38,024 bases of DNA, taken from IMG/VR virus record IMGVR_UViG_3300002098_000077, positions 1 to 38,024 of that record. The stretch is one strand, 5' to 3'. The notes beneath the pieces were generated by a model that was not told the origin of the DNA, did no database searches, and worked only from the letters and a program-made list of their open reading frames with translations. Source of the DNA: a virus. Lineage: Duplodnaviria; Caudoviricetes. Each line of letters starts with the position of its first letter. Position 1 is the stretch's first letter. A program made the position numbers and the translations under genes. Shown here piece by piece: positions 34,966-38,024 of the stretch.

Positions 34966-36645
34966 TTACCATTCTAGGCTTCTGAAACCATGCGAATCAC
35001 TGACGAATACATTGTCTAAATGACAGTGTAATGCCATGATCATCGCAATAATACCATCAACCTTTGCGGATGGATCGGCTTCATTCTTCCTTACTTTAAC
35101 GTTGGCATTAACGTCTGTGTATAACTCGCAGTTTCCAAGCTGCCATCCAATGAACGGGTTTCCATCATGTTTGATGGCTTTCTTCAGAATAAGCTGTTCT
35201 GTGGTTTTTGACGGGTTTGATAACACCGCCATTGATTGACCAACCTTTTTAACAGGCAGTCCATGTGAATAAAGATTGGCAACCAAAGCGGCTGCATTAT
35301 ATGGATCAAACCCAATTTCCTTAACTGATATTTTCTCGCATTGCTGCTTAACGTAATTTTCGATTTCATTTAAATCGGTGACATTGCCGGGCGTCAACTT
35401 TAATATTCCACTTTCCACCGCTTGCATATAAATTGACCTGTAATGATTTGGGATCAAGTCAATTGAATCTTCTGGCAAAAAGAACATAAAGCTGGCGTAA
35501 AAATCTTCCTCCGCATATCTACGCAATGTGCAAATGGCGTTCAAGTCTCGACTATGTGCCAAGTCAAAAGCAATAAATGTTGCTTCTGGTTCAGTTTCTG
35601 TCATAGCCGAAACTGACTCATCCCAATAGCGCCGGTCAACCCATGCGGAATTTGCCGACACATAAATATTTAACTGTTTGCACAGGAATTCATTCAAACT
35701 GGCTGGTTTGGCTGACGCCTCTTCTGCCATGTGCTGGATTGCTTCCTCAGTGACAGAGACGCCCAGCATGGGGTTTGCTTTACCCCAGATGGCAGGATTG
35801 CTCCACTCATCGCCCGGATCAATTCCGTACAACAAGCCAAACCACTTATGAGTATCCTCCGCCGCACCGCGGAGAACTGCGCGAAAGTGCGTCAAATCCT
35901 CAAAGAACTTTGTCTCACGGGTAAAGCTGGCAGTCGTCAAATAAAGGCGCAGCGGGTTCATCCGCGCACCCATACCCGAATGCAAAACCTCAATTGATGA
36001 GCGTTCTGTGATCTGCGCGGCTTCGTCAATCAAGGCGCAAGAAGGATTCTTACCGTCACCGGTCTTTCTATTCTCACGACTCAATGCCCTGTATGTCGAC
36101 GTAGAGTCACCCGCCTTTTTTAACTCACTGCGTAGAACAACAAATTTCGATGCAAGACTAGGCTCCATTGACTCAACAATTGCCCTAGATGAATCAAAAC
36201 AGATAGTCGCCTGTTCTCTGTTTGTTGCCAGCGTAAATACCTCTGCGCCAGCCTCACCGAACATCAATTCGTAGTTGGCAATAATGGACGCCAATGTGGT
36301 CTTGCCAGACTTCCGCGGCACAAACAAAATGACATCAGTTACCAATCGTTTATTGACATCCCGCTTATCCCGAAACCCATATATTCCAGCCAAGAACAAA
36401 ACTTGAAATGGCGACAGATCAATCACCTTCCCTGCATCTTTGCCCTTAACGTGCTTGCAGAATTTGGTGAATTTCAGTATGTGTTCTGCTTTGTGTGGCA
36501 CAAACTCGTAGGGCGCGTCTTTACGCTCTACCATGTCCAAGAATCGCTGACAGGCTAGTTTTATGTCTTCACAGGCTAAAACATCACCACGAACAACATC
36601 CGCGGCGTACTTGAATGCAGGGTTAAGCAGAGGCGAATAGCTCAT
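34966..36645 (-). CDS. terL: terminase large subunit
   Basis: Walker A VPRKSGKT, Walker B ALIDE, KANPMLG, FDLA, FDPYNA, KVDGIIAMIMA. Confidence 0.96.
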   Translation of the reverse strand: MSYSPLLNPAFKYAADVVRGDVLACEDIKLACQRFLDMVERKDAPYEFVPHKAEHILKFTKFCKHVKGKDAGKVIDLSPFQVLFLAGIYGFRDKRDVNKRLVTDVILFVPRKSGKTTLASIIANYELMFGEAGAEVFTLATNREQATICFDSSRAIVESMEPSLASKFVVLRSELKKAGDSTSTYRALSRENRKTGDGKNPSCALIDEAAQITERSSIEVLHSGMGARMNPLRLYLTTASFTRETKFFEDLTHFRAVLRGAAEDTHKWFGLLYGIDPGDEWSNPAIWGKANPMLGVSVTEEAIQHMAEEASAKPASLNEFLCKQLNIYVSANSAWVDRRYWDESVSAMTETEPEATFIAFDLAHSRDLNAICTLRRYAEEDFYASFMFFLPEDSIDLIPNHYRSIYMQAVESGILKLTPGNVTDLNEIENYVKQQCEKISVKEIGFDPYNAAALVANLYSHGLPVKKVGQSMAVLSNPSKTTEQLILKKAIKHDGNPFIGWQLGNCELYTDVNANVKVRKNEADPSAKVDGIIAMIMALHCHLDNVFVSDSHGFRSLEW

Positions 36646-37000
36646 CGACACTTGTTGGTTTTGCCAATGCTTTGGCGCGTGAACGGGTAACCAGCGAAAG
36701 TTCAGTCATCAATTTGATGATCTTGTCCAGACATTCCGTCCTAATCTTTTGCCAAGCTGAAGTAGCCTCACCTGAGTTATACATATAGGTTGGGCCATCT
36801 TGCATAATCTTTACATGGGCTTCAACCAGTGAATCCATTGTCATTACCAATAAGGCAACCAATAGTTCATCGCTGGCGCATAGTGGGCCACATGCAGTTT
36901 CAAGATCGTTTCGAATCAATGATTCAAAGACCGTTGGATTCCATGTTTCTGGGTTTTGAATGACCCGAATAATGGATGGTGGTGGTGCAGGTTTTGCCAT
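36623..37000 (-). CDS. terS: terminase small subunit (P27-like)
   Basis: Directly upstream of terL; IMQDGP, ELSLVTRSRA; start at MAKPAPP (37000). Confidence 0.78.
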   Translation of the reverse strand: MAKPAPPPSIIRVIQNPETWNPTVFESLIRNDLETACGPLCASDELLVALLVMTMDSLVEAHVKIMQDGPTYMYNSGEATSAWQKIRTECLDKIIKLMTELSLVTRSRAKALAKPTSVDELFASA

Positions 37001-37001
37001 G

Positions 37002-37157
37002 TTATTCACCGCTCTCAAATTTAATCTTGTGTGTTGACCGGTCTTCTTTATAACCGTTGGCATATGCTGCCCGTGCTACTCGTGTAGCCTTGGCTCTAGT
37101 TGGAAATGGGCCTTGGCTTCCCCAATACCAGCCTTTTTGTGTTTTTCGTATTGGCAT
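37002..37157 (-). CDS. small basic protein (51 aa, MPIRKTQKGWYWGSQGPFPTRAKA...), not in ORF track
   Basis: Hand-translated; 1-nt gaps to both neighbours. Confidence 0.7.
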   Translation of the reverse strand: MPIRKTQKGWYWGSQGPFPTRAKATRVARAAYANGYKEDRSTHKIKFESGE

Positions 37158-37158
37158 A

Positions 37159-37551
37159 TCAATTTAAAAACCGGAGTTTATATAGTGTGGTGTTAATCAA
37201 ATTTGCAATGTTATCGACTTCATTTTGCAATTCACTATCTTGTGGGAAATTGGGCTTTCGCCGCTGTGTTTCCACTTCCGTTTGCAAATACTTCAAATAA
37301 GTAATTGGATCATCTGGAACTGTAAAGTCTGTCGGGTATCTTGTAATCAGACCATACTTCCCCTGATATGCCTCAACAAGACTGTCAACCAAATCTCCGA
37401 TCTCCGAATAAAAAGTTCCGAGTGCCATATGCTCCGAAAAGCTAGGAGTCTGGAAATGCAAAATATGAGCATTGGTTACGCTATGCAATAGACAAATAAC
37501 CAAACTAGTTATTGGGTCTTGTGGGGTAACTTTCGCAGTAAAGGTTGCCAT
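37159..37551 (-). CDS. ferritin/Dps-like four-helix protein (DUF5856-like)
   Basis: HILHFQT..SEHMAL..FY..DLVDSLVEAYQG; ELQNEVDNI...TLYKL. Confidence 0.75.
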   Translation of the reverse strand: MATFTAKVTPQDPITSLVICLLHSVTNAHILHFQTPSFSEHMALGTFYSEIGDLVDSLVEAYQGKYGLITRYPTDFTVPDDPITYLKYLQTEVETQRRKPNFPQDSELQNEVDNIANLINTTLYKLRFLN

Positions 37552-37553
37552 AT

Positions 37554-37976
37554 TTATGTCCTACAGTGCGCCACATAATCATTGACGTTTAGATCAATTA
37601 TGCCGTCAGTGGCGTAATGACGGAAAACCCCTTTGCGTTCTAAGCCTGTTTTTACACTATGGCAAGACACGCATAAAGACTGAAAAAGGTTTCTAGTGAA
37701 AGCATGGTTGCCAATTTTCCTCCACGGAAAGACATGGTCGACAGTTGATGCTGCCGTCACCCGACTTTCGGCCATACAACTTTGACAAAGCGGAACGGTC
37801 GACAGCTGCCGCCACCTAATCGAATTCCATGACGGGGCTTTGTACGCAGAATTAAATTCTTTCCTGTCTTTGCTGGTCACAGTCTTTGGTGCATGAATCT
37901 CACAATAAATTGAGTGAGGAATGCTCGACTGTTTACAGCCATATTCGGCACATTGGTCTTTTGGCATGATTGGCAT
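37554..37976 (-). CDS. HNH endonuclease (HK97 gp74-like packaging cofactor)
   Basis: PLCQSC, TVDHVFP, NLFQSLCVSCHSVKT; near terminase. Confidence 0.88.
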   Translation of the reverse strand: MPIMPKDQCAEYGCKQSSIPHSIYCEIHAPKTVTSKDRKEFNSAYKAPSWNSIRWRQLSTVPLCQSCMAESRVTAASTVDHVFPWRKIGNHAFTRNLFQSLCVSCHSVKTGLERKGVFRHYATDGIIDLNVNDYVAHCRT

Positions 37977-38024
37977 GGCTTGATGGTACACCCCCTTTTG
38001 AAAGATAGGTTAGGCGAAATTGAG

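Noticed and set aside
130-37976. Stop-codon reassignment
   Set aside because: Genes tile densely under the standard code and TAA, TGA and TAG all serve as stops
37986-38024. cos site near the C-run at the right end
   Set aside because: Plausible position but too little sequence to define it

Overview
Near-complete (~38 kb) genome of an HK97-fold, long-tailed (siphovirus-like) dsDNA phage. The host is probably a Gram-negative proteobacterium; this is inferred from gene families only. Minus strand 37976->11034: HNH, a ferritin-like protein, terminase, portal, protease, TWO tandem capsid-fold genes, head-tail joining genes, TWO tandem tail-tube genes, a frameshifted tail chaperone, tape measure, tail tip, fibres and lysis genes. 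Plus strand 6222->11044: early genes including ERF recombinase, exonuclease, SSB-like, HNH-like, DUF3310 and MazG-like. Minus strand 5958->130: an AT-rich three-gene ParB/Srx + unknown + PP-loop (IbrB-X-IbrA-like) cassette, then a replication initiator and nin-like genes. I found no integrase, CI-type repressor, tRNA or CRISPR array. The best leads are (i) the IbrAB-like cassette as a candidate phage DNA-modification system, (ii) a C4/CI-like antisense RNA with its own complementary target sites where a repressor would normally sit, (iii) duplicated capsid and tail-tube genes suggesting a heteromeric virion, and (iv) three further structured intergenic RNA candidates. Bases 1-14 are an Illumina adapter remnant. 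All family assignments come from motif recognition by eye, not database searches.
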